Shown here: positions 61,007-64,000 of the stretch, one piece after another
Layout of the letters: each line of letters begins with the position of its first letter
Position numbering within the stretch: the first letter of the stretch is position 1
DNA from: Microthyrium microscopicum
Lineage: Eukaryota
Length of the DNA stretch: 64,000 nucleotides
Reading direction: 5' to 3'
Assembly (NCBI GenBank): GCA_010405405.1
Contig: MU004248.1
Span: 62,001-126,000 of the forward strand
Notes under the pieces: model-generated
The model's database searches: none
The model's input: only the letters and a program-made list of their open reading frames with translations
Told to the model about the DNA's origin: nothing
Position numbers and translations under genes: made by a program

Positions 61007-64000
61007 TGTCATGGGAACCAAACCCTAACCCTAAGCACGGACTACATAGCCTATGCCCCTAGAGGATATATTCTCTACTAGAGTAGTAGTAGAATAAACC
61101 TTAAAGTTTATTTCTTAATTATATTATTATACTATTATTATATTAGCTCTATAATTATAATATAAATAAACTTTTATTATAATTACGTAAGTAAGCTAAA
61201 ATTTTATTTTTATAAGAAAATTTTTGCTTTATATATTTAATAGTAGAAAGACTAGACTTATAGCTCTTTAAGTATATAAACTATCTACTTATTTCTTATT
61301 TATTAAAAAGCTAGCATAATTAAGATCTAATAAACTTAAAACTATAAATTCTAATTCTAATACTTTATTATTAGTACTAAGACTTTATAAAGTTTATACT
61401 AATAGAAGCTAACTTTATTAATACTATTTACTTCTTACTCTAAAGTAAATAATTTAATAATTCTTTATTATATACTTTATATTATTTTTATAATAAAGTA
61501 AATTATTATTTTATAATTATTTATAAAATATTTATAATAGTCTATATACTTTACTACTACTAAACTTAATTTAGCTAGTTATAGTATATATTTATAATCT
61601 AGATCTATAGTAATAATATAAGATTATAGTAAAAATTAAAAAGAAGAAAAAAAAGTAAGTATTATAAAAAGCTTTAAAAAAGAAGAATTATTTATTAATA
61701 AGTAGTTTATAAGATAATTTATAAGCTCTAATAAATAACCTATTATAGTTAAAAATAAAGCTACTATAAAAAGTTAAAAATACTTAGGAAACCTTATAGA
61801 ATTTAAAGTAAAAGTAAAAGAGTAGTAAGTATTATAAGCGCTTAATAAATATAGAGAATTTTAATATTAAAGATAAATTAAAATTATTAAAAAGTAAAAA
61901 TAGCTTAAAAAAAAAATAAAAATAAGAATATAAAAAGTATTATTAGTATAATTTAAGTTTTTATTATATTAGCCTTAACTAAGAAGAAGGCATTTTTATT
62001 AGCTATAAAATTAATAGTAATATTTACTTAGTTTATTTAAATTTAAAAGAAGATTTAATATAAAATATTAAGAAGGCGTTAAAATACTAGTAGAAAATTT
62101 ATTATAAAGTAATATACTATAATTTAAAGTAAGATATTATAAAGAATTATCTAGTAATAATAAAAGTAAATAATATATAAAATTTAAAGCTTTATAAGTA
62201 AGAATACGTAAACTTATAAGTCTAAGTAAAGAAATATTAGAATATAAAATATACTTATTATAATTTAGTAAAAAAGTATATTAAAAAAGTAAACTAGTTA
62301 TTTATATAAGTTAATACTCTATATAAATAATTAGCTACTTTTAAGATATAAAGTTCTAGTTAAGTATAAAAGAAATAAAAGAAAAAGACTAATAAAATTA
62401 ATTCTAATATAGAAGTTTTAATTTACTTATTATTATACTTATAAAAGCTTAATTATACTAATTTATATATATTTAGTACTTATATTTTAGTTATACTTAA
62501 TATTATTCTACTAAAAGTAAAAGTATTTCTAAAGTATAAATAGCTTAATAATATCTTAAAATTTAGTAGTAAAGAAGATAATAACTATAAAATATAGAAA
62601 GACTAAGTTCTTTAAAAGTTTTAAGTAAATAGAGCTTAGTTTTCTATTAACTAAAATAAGCTAAATTACTTAGTAAACTATATTAAGGGTAATATATAAA
62701 AAATATTTTTATAAGAATTATAATTATTCTTTCTACGCTACTTTATAACTCTAAATTAGCTATAAGTTACTTTTAATAAGAAGTTTTAATAAAGTAAAAC
62801 TAATTATAATTTTAAAGCTTTATAAACTCTTTATTTAAATAGCTATACTTAAAAAGATAAAGAGATTATTATATAGTATTAGTAATACCTTTATATACTT
62901 ACTTAAGATATACTTAGTATAAATAATATTAGCTTAATTAATTATTTCCTATTAAGTTTATAGTAAAGTATTTATTATATTATTAGAAAGCATTATTATA
63001 CTAAAAGATTAATTTCTTAGAATTATTCTATAAAACTATTATTATTAGATTCGTCTTATTAAGACTATTATAATAGTATAACTTTTAACTAGACATAAGT
63101 AATAGCTAGCGCTATAAAGATAGATAAAGATTTATAATAAATAGCTATTATTACTATAAAGGCTACTTATATTAAAAACAAGGCAATATAGAAATAAAAA
63201 GATAACCTAAAACTACTACTTATAAGAGTATAAAAAAGAATTAAAGTACTATTAGGAGAACTTATATCTAAAGAAAAGGATTTAATATAATTATTCCTTA
63301 ACTAGCTAATAGCTAATTTTATACAATACTATATATTCTTTATTATAATATAAGACTATATTAAATAACTAGTATTCTACCTAGCTCTAACTATAAATAG
63401 GGCCTCTTTACTAACGCGCCTTAAAGCGTATCTTAACTAAAAACTTAATATAATTATAAAGCAAATTACTAAAATTAAAATAACTCTTAACTCCTAGGTA
63501 AAGGTTATAAAAGGACCTAACCTACTAATCCTTAACTAAAAAGCTTTTTTTATAAGCCTAATAGTCTAAATTAATATTATAAAAGTAGTTAAAAATATAT
63601 TAAAAAAAGATAAGCAAAATAAGGTAAAGCTATTTAAAAAGATTAAGAAAACTATCCTATAAGCAATAGTTATTAAGCTATTACTTAGTAAGAATGTTAA
63701 CGTTATAGTTAATATATAATTAGATAAAGACTATATCTAAAATAGGCTACGCTAAATAAGCTTAAATAAGGTTTAGGTCCTATAATAAGACTATTTAGTA
63801 GAGATCCTAAAAGTTTTACTTAAACTAGATATAGCTTATAATAAAAATATAAATAATAGTAAACTAATTAAAGAACTAGTTAATAAAAATAAGATAAAGT
63901 TTAAATACCTAGAGATAAGAGTAGTCTAATAGCTCTATAAAGGCGTAGAATATAAATAAGTAAAAAAAGAACTAGAAAAGTATAAGAAAGCATATACTAA
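61007..64000 (+). mobile_element. RIP-degraded LTR retrotransposon (5' LTR ~61007-61162), running off the window
   Basis: Starts TGTCATGG; likely RIP-altered LTR end TTATAATA; self-complementary PBS; ATT AAT TCT AAT ATA GAA GTT at 62397 de-RIPs to protease motif IDSGAEV. Confidence 0.7.
63045..64000 (+). mobile_element. Possible nested LINE (Tad1-like ORF1) remnant
   Basis: Sequence texture changes near 63045; 63669-63710 can be de-RIPed to ..LPSGDVDV.., resembling Tad1-type ORF1. Confidence 0.3.

Noticed and set aside
61021..61033. Telomere-like AACCCTAACCCTAA
   Set aside because: Only two units, and they lie inside the putative LTR; not a telomere or interstitial array

Overview
Filamentous ascomycete genomic DNA: GT-AG introns with CTAAC branch sites, and AT-rich blocks with the TpA-rich pattern expected from RIP. 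The window holds about 22 recognisable genes: SER1, a PPTase, CYP51, ATG10, CWC25, CWC23, MRI1, UVE1, a CFEM protein, a DHA2 MFS pump, FPGS, PRO3, a serine racemase-like enzyme, a GT-like protein, TRM1, thioredoxin, TOM6, an amidohydrolase and others. It also has two RIP-degraded transposon blocks. The first (6127-21100) is a 15-kb element with terminal inverted repeats and a TA target duplication, sitting ~200 bp upstream of the CYP51 ATG. It contains a complete nested Gypsy LTR element (12276-19858). The second (61007 to the window end) is an LTR element that interrupts an alpha/beta-hydrolase gene. Both LTR elements show a self-priming signature. Two intact MITEs are present, one related to the 15-kb element. 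Most notable: a 793-aa protein ending in a HicA-toxin-like domain, an unannotated 8-Cys secreted micro-peptide, two long highly structured introns, and a non-canonical splice acceptor in MRI1. All family calls are by eye, without database searches.
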